The notes beneath the pieces were generated by a model. It had not been told where the DNA came from and ran no database searches. It worked only from the letters and a program-made list of their open reading frames with translations. Position numbers and translations under genes: made by a program. Shown here in pieces: positions 52,166-61,606 of a stretch of 64,000 nucleotides of DNA. Within the stretch, counting starts at the first letter, position 1, and the number at the start of each line of letters is the position of its first letter. Source of the DNA: a virus; the IMG/VR virus record IMGVR_UViG_3300016474_000049, positions 1 through 64,000 of that record; one strand, given 5' to 3'.

Positions 52166-53074
52166 TTAGGCTCCTTGGGAGCCATAGATCCCAAGGGGAT
52201 CAGAAACACCGAATGAATAACGCTCTCTTGCTTTGTAGCGAACGTTTCCGGTGTCGAAATCGCCATCCATTGAATTTTGTAACGGTGTCCGTACAAAATG
52301 CTTCAAGCCGTTAGGAACATCAGTGGTCAGGAACCATGCGTTCGTGTCGGTCAAGAAGTGGTTAACGGTGTAACCTTCAGGGATCGAGCCGTTGTTCTTC
52401 AACGCATTGATGTCATTGTCGTTGGTACCAACACGCAACTCGGTTTCGAGCAGACGGGTTGCAACGAACATCAAAGCAGGAGGAACAATCAACTTACGGG
52501 GCTTAGCAGCGATGAGCAAACTACGTTCATCGGTCCATGCTGCGATTTGAATCACAGCGTTTTCCAACGACGTTTCGTTCAAGTCCACGCCCGTTGCGGT
52601 CGTGTTGCTGTTAGTACCGCCAGATACCAGAGGATGAGCTGTAGAGAACAGGGTCTGACCGTCACCATAGGTGTAGGTCGAATTCCAACCGTTGTTCAAC
52701 ACAGCAGCAGCTTTAACCTGCTTGGTGTAAGCCATAGCGCGAGCAAGTGCCTTGGTGTAACGAGCAGACAAGCTGTCGTACAGGTTATCTTCAATCGCTT
52801 CTTCAGTGATCGAAAACCCAAGTGCAATGGTCTCGTGCGTATAGCGTGCGGTCCAAGCTTCCTGCGCGTTGTCATAAGCAATCGCAGCGCCTTCGTTCTT
52901 CACCGGAGCGGCGGAGAAGCCAGACAGCTTGGTTTCCTCTTCAAACGAACGCTCAGAGGTCTCGGTTTCGTAGATCTCTTTGTGCTCTTCGCCATACTTC
53001 GCATACTCCAAACCGAACAGTGCGTTCAGGCCAGGGAGAAGCTCTTTCAATAGTTGTGCGCGTGAAATAGCCAT
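52166..53074 (-). CDS. major capsid protein (302 aa)
   Basis: Lies after the scaffold and decoration-like genes and is followed by a strong terminator. The size and sequence style (…FSTAHPLVSGGTNSN…) are compatible with HK97-fold coat proteins. Confidence 0.75.
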   Translation of the reverse strand: MAISRAQLLKELLPGLNALFGLEYAKYGEEHKEIYETETSERSFEEETKLSGFSAAPVKNEGAAIAYDNAQEAWTARYTHETIALGFSITEEAIEDNLYDSLSARYTKALARAMAYTKQVKAAAVLNNGWNSTYTYGDGQTLFSTAHPLVSGGTNSNTTATGVDLNETSLENAVIQIAAWTDERSLLIAAKPRKLIVPPALMFVATRLLETELRVGTNDNDINALKNNGSIPEGYTVNHFLTDTNAWFLTTDVPNGLKHFVRTPLQNSMDGDFDTGNVRYKARERYSFGVSDPLGIYGSQGA

Positions 53075-53087
53075 TTCTTACTCCCTA

Positions 53088-53747
53088 TTACAGTCCGGTT
53101 GGGTTGTAGTAAGCATGACCACCAAGGAAGGTAGAACCGCTAATGTTCGGCATATTGAACTTAACGATAGCTTCCGGGTAGTAAACAGTGCCACTAGAGG
53201 TAAACGCCGTATCCGGCACCAAGTCAACAATACGCAAGGGCAACGAAGCCGTTACGTCAGCGGAACTCAACAGGATAGCCTGCTGCGAATCGCCGGTTGT
53301 GGTGTTGAGGGTGTTAGCCACCAAAGCCACGTTGTTGTTTACGTTGGTGTAGGTAAGGCCCGTGGATGTCGAAACAACCGTGGTGCCAGTCACTACGGCA
53401 ACTTGGAACAACTGATCAGGATCTTCGCAAACATAAGCGTAGATAAAGGTGTTTGCCTTTACCGAAGTGCCGCTTGTCCACGATTGCGACCATGTGGGTT
53501 GTCCGGTTACGGATGAAACAAACTGACAGCCTAGAAAGACGCCAGCAAAGCCTGTTGCGGGGGCAGCGGTCGTGGAGGTCGAAACTGCAATAGTGCCATC
53601 GTTAACAAAGATAACGGGATCACCGAAACCAATGCTAGCAGCACCAGATGCAATACGACGCTGACGAGTTGCTCCGGCAAAGACCTGACCGCCAATCAGA
53701 TTGATTGGTTTCAAGCCATAAGGCTTGTCGATAGTCGGGTAAGCCAT
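53088..53747 (-). CDS. head protein, possible decoration/cement protein (219 aa)
   Basis: Beta-rich T/S/V/G sequence immediately upstream of the capsid gene. Positional inference. Confidence 0.6.
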   Translation of the reverse strand: MAYPTIDKPYGLKPINLIGGQVFAGATRQRRIASGAASIGFGDPVIFVNDGTIAVSTSTTAAPATGFAGVFLGCQFVSSVTGQPTWSQSWTSGTSVKANTFIYAYVCEDPDQLFQVAVVTGTTVVSTSTGLTYTNVNNNVALVANTLNTTTGDSQQAILLSSADVTASLPLRIVDLVPDTAFTSSGTVYYPEAIVKFNMPNISGSTFLGGHAYYNPTGL

Positions 53748-53759
53748 TTGGATTTACTC

Positions 53760-54236
53760 CTACGATTGTTGATTACCGCGTCCAAAGGTCACCGAGGATT
53801 TACGCTCAGAAAACAGCGGCATCCTTGGATCGTTCTCGCGCATGAATGAGTTATCGACAGAACGCATTTGGGCTTCAGACTGCGCTTGATAGTACGCATT
53901 CCGTTGATCAACGAGTTCTACCGGGGTTTTGCAAAGCATCAAACCACCCACAACAATGTTGTCTTTATAACGAGCGTTGTCATTATCAAGATAACCAGAG
54001 ATTTCAGGATGATCGTCAGCCTTTACAGGCTCCCAGCCTTCACGAAGTTTGGTAGATACATTACGTGGGTCAGATTGGCCCATCATAGAAACACGAATCC
54101 AACGATACTTGTATCCCGGCTCTGGAGTGGGGTCAGGCAGCAACGTGGGGGGTGCCCAAGTGCGAGGACGTTCCTGTTTAGCACGGGTATCGAGTTCGCG
54201 GTTGATTCGATTTTCAGCAGTTCTTGCATCAGCCAT
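53760..54236 (-). CDS. head-module protein (158 aa)
   Basis: Overlap-coupled to the scaffold gene. RTWAPPTLLPDPTPEPGYKYRWIRV...EGWEPV. Confidence 0.6.
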   Translation of the reverse strand: MADARTAENRINRELDTRAKQERPRTWAPPTLLPDPTPEPGYKYRWIRVSMMGQSDPRNVSTKLREGWEPVKADDHPEISGYLDNDNARYKDNIVVGGLMLCKTPVELVDQRNAYYQAQSEAQMRSVDNSFMRENDPRMPLFSERKSSVTFGRGNQQS

Positions 54237-55167
54237 TTTGAGTCATTCCTTCCGCCACTTTACGGGCATACAATTCAAGAGGGATCTTCAACTTCTTAGC
54301 AAGTGCCACCTGCGTTTGAGTCAGCGTGATTTTCTTTGGGGCAACGCTGCGGGACGCTGGTGCTACAACATTACTGCTCGTCCGTTTGGGTTTTTCCTCT
54401 TTCTGTGCATCCTCAAAGTTCTCGGGGAACTTCTCACGAATCCGAGAATTAACTCGGTCGTAATATTCATCAGATGTTGGATCAACACCATTTTTGACCA
54501 ATTTTTCATGCAGCCCCAGAGCAAAGCTGGTCATTTCCTCATCAACCCCAAACCACTGATTATCTTTACGCCATGCAAGCGCTTTGGGGTCTGGTTGAGG
54601 CTCCGGAGCGGACTGTGGTTGCATATTTACAGGAGTTTCTCTTTCCTGTAAAGGGGCTGGTTTAAAATTGCTGATCCGATCTAGCTTTAATTTAGCAGCA
54701 GTTAATAATTCTTGTGCTGCTAATAACTGATCAGAATCCCCAGCATCATATGCTTCTTTATACTTTTTACGCGCCTGATCTAATTCAAGTTCAGCAGTAT
54801 TTTTTGCTGTTTGAATCAAAACATCGGTATTCTGCCCTAAATCTTTTTTAAGGCGTTTGTTTTCTTCAATAACCTGCTGAGCAAACTTCAGTGCCTCTTC
54901 ACGTTCCCGCAAAGCTGCCTCTTTAGCCCGACGCTCATCGTGGTAGCCATGTGTGATCTTTTTAATACGCTTCTGAACACTCTCATCGTATTTAGATAAC
55001 TCGTCTTCGGCTACTTCATTAACAGGTTCTTCTAAAGGCTTGCGACCTTTATCAGGCTCAGGCGTGTCGTCAACGACTTCAATTTCAATGTCGTTGTCTT
55101 TAGCTTTTGCTTCCTGTTTTGCTTCAGCTTGTTCTTCGTCAGGGAACTTAAATTCTGTTTTCTCCAT
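54229..55167 (-). CDS. scaffolding protein (312 aa)
   Basis: Acidic N-terminus, long coiled-coil-like E/K/A/L stretches. Lies between the portal and capsid genes. Confidence 0.65.
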   Translation of the reverse strand: MEKTEFKFPDEEQAEAKQEAKAKDNDIEIEVVDDTPEPDKGRKPLEEPVNEVAEDELSKYDESVQKRIKKITHGYHDERRAKEAALREREEALKFAQQVIEENKRLKKDLGQNTDVLIQTAKNTAELELDQARKKYKEAYDAGDSDQLLAAQELLTAAKLKLDRISNFKPAPLQERETPVNMQPQSAPEPQPDPKALAWRKDNQWFGVDEEMTSFALGLHEKLVKNGVDPTSDEYYDRVNSRIREKFPENFEDAQKEEKPKRTSSNVVAPASRSVAPKKITLTQTQVALAKKLKIPLELYARKVAEGMTQNG

Positions 55168-55175
55168 AACTCACC

Positions 55176-55556
55176 TCACCCTGCACGCCGAATGCCGCGT
55201 GGGTCTTCAACCACCGCTTCGACGGAATCATCGTTAATCAAGCGAAACTCCCGATCATGGATCATGATGCGGGTACCTGTGTTGGCCCTAACTAAGATGA
55301 AATCGCCTTCCTTACACCACGGTCCTGTGGGAAACCGAGAAGGGTCAGCATAAGCAAGCTCACCTAACTTCACCACAAACAGCACATTGGTCAACAACTC
55401 CTCGTGCTTAATCGTCACGTCTGCCTTAACAATCCCACTATCAAACTTCTCTTCATAGTTAGGAATCGTGCACAGAATCTTGTAACCTCTTGGCATCGGC
55501 AGTTGCTTAGCCTTTTGCTGAACATCCTCGATAACAGCTTGTGCTGTATCAATCAT
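55176..55556 (-). CDS. GroES/Cpn10-like co-chaperonin domain protein (126 aa)
   Basis: Start at ATG 55556 (MIDTAQ...). PRGYKILCTIPNYEEKFDSGIVKAD...GDFILV...IMIHDREFRLINDDSVEAVVE parallels the GroES pattern (...EEKTxGGIVLPD...GDxVLF...eyxilxexDILAVVE). Confidence 0.65.
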   Translation of the reverse strand: MIDTAQAVIEDVQQKAKQLPMPRGYKILCTIPNYEEKFDSGIVKADVTIKHEELLTNVLFVVKLGELAYADPSRFPTGPWCKEGDFILVRANTGTRIMIHDREFRLINDDSVEAVVEDPRGIRRAG

Positions 55557-55752
55557 TTTCAAATTCCTCATAACGTTGCACAAGGTCTTGGATTTCCATC
55601 TTTGCTTGGCGCAGACCTTGGATGACGCCACACAAATGCTTGTATTCAGCAAAATCTTTAGCAACACCATCACTCATCGCTAGACTTACTTCTTTCTCGC
55701 GTTCTTTCAATCTATTAAATAAGTGATCTAACATCTGCCGCTCTTGAGCCAT
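55549..55752 (-). CDS. hypothetical small protein (67 aa)
   Basis: One-nt overlap with the portal stop, helical and charged. Confidence 0.5.
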   Translation of the reverse strand: MAQERQMLDHLFNRLKEREKEVSLAMSDGVAKDFAEYKHLCGVIQGLRQAKMEIQDLVQRYEEFEND

Positions 55753-58130
55753 TAACCACCTCGTTTCATAACCGATTTAAGGATGTCCGCCTGAATCTTC
55801 TTATCCTCTCGACGATCTTGGCTTTGCAGACGGATGTTTTCCTTCTGAGCCTCAAGCTGGATTCGCTGCTGTTCATTTGCCAGACGACTTTGAGCCAGAG
55901 CAACATCAGCTTGGTCCTTACTTGCCTTGCGTTGTTGTTCCATCGCTTTGATCTGCAACTCTTGCTGCTGCATCTGGACGAGTGGATCTGCCGCCATCTG
56001 TTGTGACTGCTGTTGGGCAGCTTGTGCTTGGTGGATCTGCAACACTTGCTGAGCTGCTTCTGCTACGTACTTAGCCATAGCCAACTCTTCGGCTTCAGAG
56101 ATCTTCTGCTCAGGTCCAGGTAGCGGTGCGCCCACACGCTGTTCAACTTCCTGACGATAGGCATAACCCAAGTGCTCAGCGACGTGCGCCATCATAGAAG
56201 ACTGAATCTGTTGCGCCAGCGGGTTTTGCCCAATCGTCCCCATGATCTTGGGATCTTGTAAGAACGTCATATGGGTTGTGATGTGCGCTTGATGATCCTG
56301 ATAAATAAAGGCTTTAAGTGGCGTACCCTTTAAGACATTCATGTTCTCAGTCACAGGATCTTTGGGTGTCTGATCGTCTGGAAGCGGAACAAGTTTGTCT
56401 GCGTTGGGAATACCAAGCACATCAAGCATCTGTCTGTGCAAGCGAGGTAAGTCATATAACTGTGGTGCACCCTGCGCTAACTGCAACGCTGCCTGATACT
56501 GCACAACCCGCTGAGCCATTGTCGAGGCGTTGGGATCAGACACCGGAATTACTTCAACGATGTCATAGTCCTCGGCCTTAACCTGCGGGGTGCCATCTTG
56601 CGGGACGTAACTGTAATCAGGCGATGTGTAATCACGAATGATCTCTTTGAGGAGCTTGAACTCCTCTTTCATCGCCGCGTGGATGCGAGCCTGTACAGCC
56701 CCCATCGTTTTTAACTGCCGCTCAAGCAGTGCCAGCGTCGTACCCACCGGAGCCTGACTCGACATATCGCTGATCTTCATATCAGCCATACCACTTAAAC
56801 GTCGCGCCTCTTCGGTGATCTGATTAAGTAGGGCGAGGAGGACTTGGCTGGGTTCTTTATAAGGCAGCGGCAGGATGTTATCCCTGATCGCACCCCCCGG
56901 CACATCCACATCACGCCATTCGCCCGGAGCAATCGGAGTGTCGTCACCCTTGATACGCAACCCTCTGGACTTCAACCCACCGGGAAGGTTTGATAGCGAG
57001 CCTGCATCCACAAGCTGACGGATCAGCATCGTGCCTGCTGTGGCATAGCCACCAATAATATGAATTAACCCAAAGCCGTAAGCACCAAAGCCAGGGATGT
57101 ATATATAGTGTACGAAGTGCTGACGAGCACGTTTCTGGGGGTCATCTTCGCGGTAGTTGCGTCGAATAGCAAGAACTTTGTTAGTGCCTTTATCAATTGT
57201 AATGACGTACGGTACCGGTAACTCTTCCTCATACCCCGGCAAGTCATACTCGATGTGCACTTCGCAGATCTGATACCGCTCATCTTTTGTCGGCTGCTGA
57301 CCTTCTTTCTGCGCCTTGGCTTTCTCAATATCTGTCTGCGATGGATCAGGCTCACCTAACTCCACGTCACGATAAAACCCGCTAGCCTGTAACCGCTTGA
57401 TGTCATTCTTGGTCTTACGCATCATGTGCGTCAAACGATCCGTGCGCCTAATATTAGTTACCCCATAAGGCAGGATCACATCTTCAGCAGGTACATAGAA
57501 TGAGACTTGCCGTTCTAACGAGGGGTCGTAGTAAACCTTTTTAAATGACGAACCCGCCAGCGCCACACCCCACAACGCCCGTTCATGCTCTGAGCGATAC
57601 TCAGGCATCTTGTCTGTAAGCTGGTAGTTCATGTCTGCCTGTACACGCTTGGCAGCTTCTTCTACCTTGGGGTTCCACGCACCGATAATATTAGTCTTGA
57701 CAGGCCCAGCCGCAGGGAAAGTCTCCATAATGGACTCGCTCTGGAAGCGAATCGCTGACTCAGTAAGTAATGTGGAGAACACACCACAGGCACCATCCCA
57801 AGGCTCGGTCACCTCGTCGTAGCGCAGCCCCAGTACATCCAAACCTTTGACGTAGGTATCAACCCAATCCTTACGTGAATTAATGTCAGCCTCGATCAAC
57901 TCCATAATGTCCGAAGCAATCTTCTGCAACTCAGCTTCTTGCATAAACTCTGCAAGGTTGGCATCAAAGGTTTCTTCTGTGGGTTCTTCAGGCGTTAGTT
58001 CAATCTCTACCCCGCCGATACCCACGCTAACGCTTTCAGGATCTTCGATTTCAATCTCAATGGGTGCTTCTTCCACCGCCAAAGCTTCAAGCCCTTCAGG
58101 GGCGCTATACAATGATTTGTCAATAGCCAT
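55752..58130 (-). CDS. portal protein (792 aa)
   Basis: Large ORF directly downstream of the large terminase. Q/A-rich C-terminal tail. Size and position are typical of podovirus portals. Confidence 0.8.
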   Translation of the reverse strand: MAIDKSLYSAPEGLEALAVEEAPIEIEIEDPESVSVGIGGVEIELTPEEPTEETFDANLAEFMQEAELQKIASDIMELIEADINSRKDWVDTYVKGLDVLGLRYDEVTEPWDGACGVFSTLLTESAIRFQSESIMETFPAAGPVKTNIIGAWNPKVEEAAKRVQADMNYQLTDKMPEYRSEHERALWGVALAGSSFKKVYYDPSLERQVSFYVPAEDVILPYGVTNIRRTDRLTHMMRKTKNDIKRLQASGFYRDVELGEPDPSQTDIEKAKAQKEGQQPTKDERYQICEVHIEYDLPGYEEELPVPYVITIDKGTNKVLAIRRNYREDDPQKRARQHFVHYIYIPGFGAYGFGLIHIIGGYATAGTMLIRQLVDAGSLSNLPGGLKSRGLRIKGDDTPIAPGEWRDVDVPGGAIRDNILPLPYKEPSQVLLALLNQITEEARRLSGMADMKISDMSSQAPVGTTLALLERQLKTMGAVQARIHAAMKEEFKLLKEIIRDYTSPDYSYVPQDGTPQVKAEDYDIVEVIPVSDPNASTMAQRVVQYQAALQLAQGAPQLYDLPRLHRQMLDVLGIPNADKLVPLPDDQTPKDPVTENMNVLKGTPLKAFIYQDHQAHITTHMTFLQDPKIMGTIGQNPLAQQIQSSMMAHVAEHLGYAYRQEVEQRVGAPLPGPEQKISEAEELAMAKYVAEAAQQVLQIHQAQAAQQQSQQMAADPLVQMQQQELQIKAMEQQRKASKDQADVALAQSRLANEQQRIQLEAQKENIRLQSQDRREDKKIQADILKSVMKRGG

Positions 58131-58138
58131 GATCTGTC

Positions 58139-59680
58139 CTAACTTAAGTAGTAACCGCGCTTAGCGCCGCGAAACCCACGGAAATATTGCGTTTCTTCAG
58201 CTTCATCAGTTGGAAGGCGTAAGAACCCGCCATTGCGAAACCTTGCTAATGCTAACGTAGTTGCATCCACATAGTCATCATGTTCGCCTGCTGGAAACGC
58301 TGCGATCTCATCGATAAGTTCCTCAGCCCACCGAGTGTTAGGCACCCAGACCCGCCCCGACTGAATAATGTCTGAGACTGAATTGAGTCTCGTTATCTTG
58401 TCGTTTCCTTTGCTAGGGGTAAACTCTGCCACCGGCACACCCATCCGACGCAACTCTTGGTAGAGGGAGATACCTGATACCTTCTTTTCCACAATAAGTG
58501 CATCAGGCTCATACTCTTTGTGCAGCTCTAGTACCTTTTTCTTCAACTCGTAGAACTCAAGCCGCGCTTTATAAGCATCTAAGAGGATGATGTTGGTCTC
58601 ACCTTCTTCTGTGTTCCACACACCCCACGTCGTACACGCAGAAAAGTCAGAGCGATTAGTCGTTTCGTACGCCGTATCCCACGACTGAATGATGAAATTA
58701 CAGTTAGGCGGATCATCTTTCTCCCACACCTTCCACCATTCGCGTTTAACGATGGCACCTTCTTCAGAAGTCGGCTGTTGCTGGTACTGAGCCTGCCATT
58801 TTGAGTTAGGAAGCTCCTCTTTTAGCGCAGAAAGCTCATCTAATGACCAAAATTCAGGCCAAAGTGGGTTCCCAGACGGCAAAATCGCAGGAAATTCGAT
58901 CACTTCCCACTCATCTCCCCCTCGTTGGGCCGCATTTTTAATCACTTGACCCGTTAAATCACGTAAACCCCATCGAGTCATCACAATAACGATAGCTCCC
59001 CCCGGCTGTAGACGCTGCCGAGGCCCGGATGTGTACCACTCATAGACCTTATCGTAGATCTCTGGGTTGGTTGCAGCTAATGCAGCCTCTTGTTCTGAGT
59101 GTGGATCGTCAATAATTAGCAGATCCGCACCCTTTCCAGTAACCGCACCACCTACACCAATAGCAAAATACTCGCCACCCTTGTTTGTATTCCATCGACC
59201 CGCAGCTTTTGAGTCGGCTTGCAGCCCTACACCGGGGAAAATATCTTTATAAACATCTTGATCAACAAGATTTCGCACCTTCCTGCCAAACCCTACAGAT
59301 AATTCTGCTGTATGCGCCGTTTGAATTACTTTTTTATTAGGAAACTTTCCCAGGAACCAAGCAGGTAAAAGGTAAGAAGCAAATTCAGACTTAGTATGAC
59401 GAGGAGGCATATTAATAATAAGACGTTTAACCTCCCCCCTAGCAACTCTTTCAAAAGCCGCAGCCATTCGTACATGATGCCGCCCGTCTACAAATGTAGG
59501 CCAAACTCGTTTTACAAACTTAATAAACCGTTCTTTACATACTTCTTGGTCTTTTAATTTTTCAAGTTTCTGTAATCGCAGATTTAAATCACGTAATTCG
59601 CTCTCAGGTAAACCCGAAATATTTTTTAATAATGCAGACAAACTTGCATTATCTTGTGGTGCCTGCTGATTAATCATCAA
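58139..59680 (-). CDS. terL: terminase large subunit
   Basis: ATPase motifs INMPPRHTKSEF (Walker A-like variant) and ADLLIIDDPHSE (Walker B). C-terminal nuclease acidic motifs IIQSWDTA and HDDYVDATT. Confidence 0.9.
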   Translation of the reverse strand: MMINQQAPQDNASLSALLKNISGLPESELRDLNLRLQKLEKLKDQEVCKERFIKFVKRVWPTFVDGRHHVRMAAAFERVARGEVKRLIINMPPRHTKSEFASYLLPAWFLGKFPNKKVIQTAHTAELSVGFGRKVRNLVDQDVYKDIFPGVGLQADSKAAGRWNTNKGGEYFAIGVGGAVTGKGADLLIIDDPHSEQEAALAATNPEIYDKVYEWYTSGPRQRLQPGGAIVIVMTRWGLRDLTGQVIKNAAQRGGDEWEVIEFPAILPSGNPLWPEFWSLDELSALKEELPNSKWQAQYQQQPTSEEGAIVKREWWKVWEKDDPPNCNFIIQSWDTAYETTNRSDFSACTTWGVWNTEEGETNIILLDAYKARLEFYELKKKVLELHKEYEPDALIVEKKVSGISLYQELRRMGVPVAEFTPSKGNDKITRLNSVSDIIQSGRVWVPNTRWAEELIDEIAAFPAGEHDDYVDATTLALARFRNGGFLRLPTDEAEETQYFRGFRGAKRGYYLS

Positions 59681-60290
59681 TAGGTTCAGTTATTAATTCA
59701 GGATCTAGCTCTTTTAATAAATTAGGTGTGGCTACACCTAATTCATCGTCTAAACTTTTAATAGGCACTATATCTACATCAGTAGCACCACCTACTAATA
59801 ACCGCTTAATACGTTCTTTAATCTCTGCTTCTAAGTCAGCAGAATTTTTATGAGTAATGGTTATCTCGCTGCGCTCGGTAAATACACCAATATCACTATG
59901 TTTACCTAATAACTCTAAAGCTTTTATTTCTATTTTAGTATCACCACATGTTGCAAGCTCAACGAGCTTAGCAGTAATAAACTGCCGCGCCTGCACAATA
60001 TCTCCAAATACTGGTGAATCGTATTTAGCAATAATCGTTCGCAGGGTTGCAGCAACGCCACCATTCATAAGTTCTTTTTTAGTTTTACGGGCAGGTAGCC
60101 CTTTGCCTGCTTGCTTAAATAACTCTTCGGCTTTGACAGCATCGTCAGGGTCCATCTCTAACGGCATCCCTAACTGATTAAGCAGCAGTGCAGTGTCGCC
60201 TGCGACGATCATTTTCTCTTTTATGTGCTCAGGTTCCTCTGTGGAGAGGTCAAAAGGCACAGGCTTATCTTTTGTTGGTTCTACGTTCAT
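59670..60290 (-). CDS. putative terminase small subunit (206 aa)
   Basis: First gene of the late block. It overlaps the terL start by 11 nt. The assignment is positional only. Confidence 0.5.
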   Translation of the reverse strand: MNVEPTKDKPVPFDLSTEEPEHIKEKMIVAGDTALLLNQLGMPLEMDPDDAVKAEELFKQAGKGLPARKTKKELMNGGVAATLRTIIAKYDSPVFGDIVQARQFITAKLVELATCGDTKIEIKALELLGKHSDIGVFTERSEITITHKNSADLEAEIKERIKRLLVGGATDVDIVPIKSLDDELGVATPNLLKELDPELITEPIDD

Positions 60291-60327
60291 CGCGGGAATA
60301 GTGGCACCGAGACTGAGATAACTACTG

Positions 60328-60356
60328 ACTCTATATGTAAATAATAATTTTGTAAA
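60328..60356 (-). promoter_or_regulatory. candidate sigma70-type promoter for the late block (TTTACA-N17-TAGAGT)
   Basis: On the - strand, TTTACA at 60356-60351 and TAGAGT at 60333-60328, about 40 nt upstream of the ATG at 60290. An alternative -10, TATAGA, would have a 15-nt spacer. Confidence 0.3.
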
Positions 60357-60811
60357 GCAAAAGGAGGTTGGGACTCCTGACGGGGGGTATTTCTATATAG
60401 AGGGTGGGGGTCAAATTGTGGAGAGTTTTGTAGGGGGTGGGGGGGGGTTTTTAAATGAAGTTTTAAACGGAGTGATGGGACGTGCGGAACAGTATGTATG
60501 GGCGCGGCGGGGCCACCGAACCTAGTTTGGGGTGGTACGGGTAGGGTGGGGTTACTGATAACAGAATTACAGTATACGGATTTTACTCAAATTGTGGTAC
60601 GGTTTGTGGTAAGCTTGCACCACCACAGACAGAAAAAGGACAAAGCAAACAACAAACAACAAGTAGCAAACGGGTAGCGGTGAAAACCCGCGCAGTCGAG
60701 AGCCTTGCGAAATAACAGAATGCTCGACCAGAATGGGGGCCTTGCTAATGGTGAATGCTGATCGCTCTAGATTACTAGGGTTAAGGTTGAAGCTGTTAGG
60801 GGTGCACACGC

Positions 60812-60990
60812 GACAGGAACGACCGAAATCCCCTACTGTCCTTCACGAAGGAAGCCTCTTGTGACTGAGAGGATTGGAAATCATACGCGCAAGCGTTCCT
60901 GATTATCCAACAAGCTAACCGCGAGAATCCAATCCGCGCAGGCAAAGCTACTAGGTCAAACCTTGGTAGCCCATAGCTTGCGCGGGTTTT
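60812..60990 (+). ncRNA. candidate structured RNA / 5' leader upstream of the 61031 gene
   Basis: Several perfect complementary pairs: GACAG 60812-16 with CTGTC 60836-40; CCTCT 60855-59 with AGAGG 60868-72; GGATTGGA 60871-78 with TCCAATCC 60928-35; CGCGCAAGC 60886-94 with GCTTGCGCG 60976-84. It ends GCGCGGGTTTT. Confidence 0.35.
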
Positions 60991-61030
60991 ACATTAGCAG
61001 TCTATCAATACTAACTTAAGGAAATAGATT

Positions 61031-61549
61031 ATGGCACTCAAAGCACAAGCAGTATTGACCAAGGAAATCGCAACTATCGGTCGCGCAGGGATCAAGCTTA
61101 CTAAGATGATTCAGGACGCGGCAGTGCAAGCGATCGGCTACTCGTTAGTTCACGGCGACATCACAATCGGACAGCGCTTGTTTGAAGCATGCCCGAAGGG
61201 TGTTCGCCGTAACTCGTTAGTAGCTTTCCTTGAAAAGTTCGGAGCATTCCAATGGGACGCTAAGAACAAACGACTCGCACATCGTAAGAACTCGACCGAG
61301 TTTACCGAGGCTTACGAGCAAGATCTTATGGCTACCCCTTGGGATGATGCCAAGCCTGAGCCTGAGATTGTAAGTGTTTTCGATGTAACAAAAGAGTTCG
61401 ATAAATTTATCAAGCGCATGGAGAAGTTGCGCCAAGATGCAAATATTACATTGCACCACAAAGCATTACTCGATAGCTTACAAGAAACAAGTTCACACTA
61501 CCAAGCACGCCTAGTGTTAGGCGAAGCGGCGGATAATGCCGTGTTGTAA
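61031..61549 (+). CDS. hypothetical protein (172 aa)
   Basis: AAGGAAA RBS, isolated ORF followed by a perfect terminator. Confidence 0.7.
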   Translation: MALKAQAVLTKEIATIGRAGIKLTKMIQDAAVQAIGYSLVHGDITIGQRLFEACPKGVRRNSLVAFLEKFGAFQWDAKNKRLAHRKNSTEFTEAYEQDLMATPWDDAKPEPEIVSVFDVTKEFDKFIKRMEKLRQDANITLHHKALLDSLQETSSHYQARLVLGEAADNAVL

Positions 61550-61568
61550 GAAAAATTGGGTATTGTAA

Positions 61569-61606
61569 GACGTAAGAAAAATCTTCTTACGTCATTTTTC
61601 TTTTTA
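61569..61606 (+). terminator. rho-independent terminator
   Basis: GACGTAAGAA (61569-78), 5-nt loop, TTCTTACGTC (61584-93), then ATTTTTCTTTTT. Confidence 0.85.

Noticed and set aside
52298-53053. 251-aa + strand ORF antisense to the major capsid gene (also 52980..53516 and 54049..54651 antisense to head genes)
   Set aside because: R/S/C-rich, unprotein-like composition with no RBS. They are nested opposite strongly supported late genes.
60567-60809. 80-aa - strand ORF in the divergent control region
   Set aside because: No RBS, a hydrophobic junk-like sequence, and it lies in a region better explained by regulatory repeats and RNA structure.
60901-60909. DnaA-box-like TTATCCAAC
   Set aside because: It matches only 7 of 9 positions of TTATCCACA and is a single copy, sitting inside a predicted RNA helix region. 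That is not enough to call an origin.
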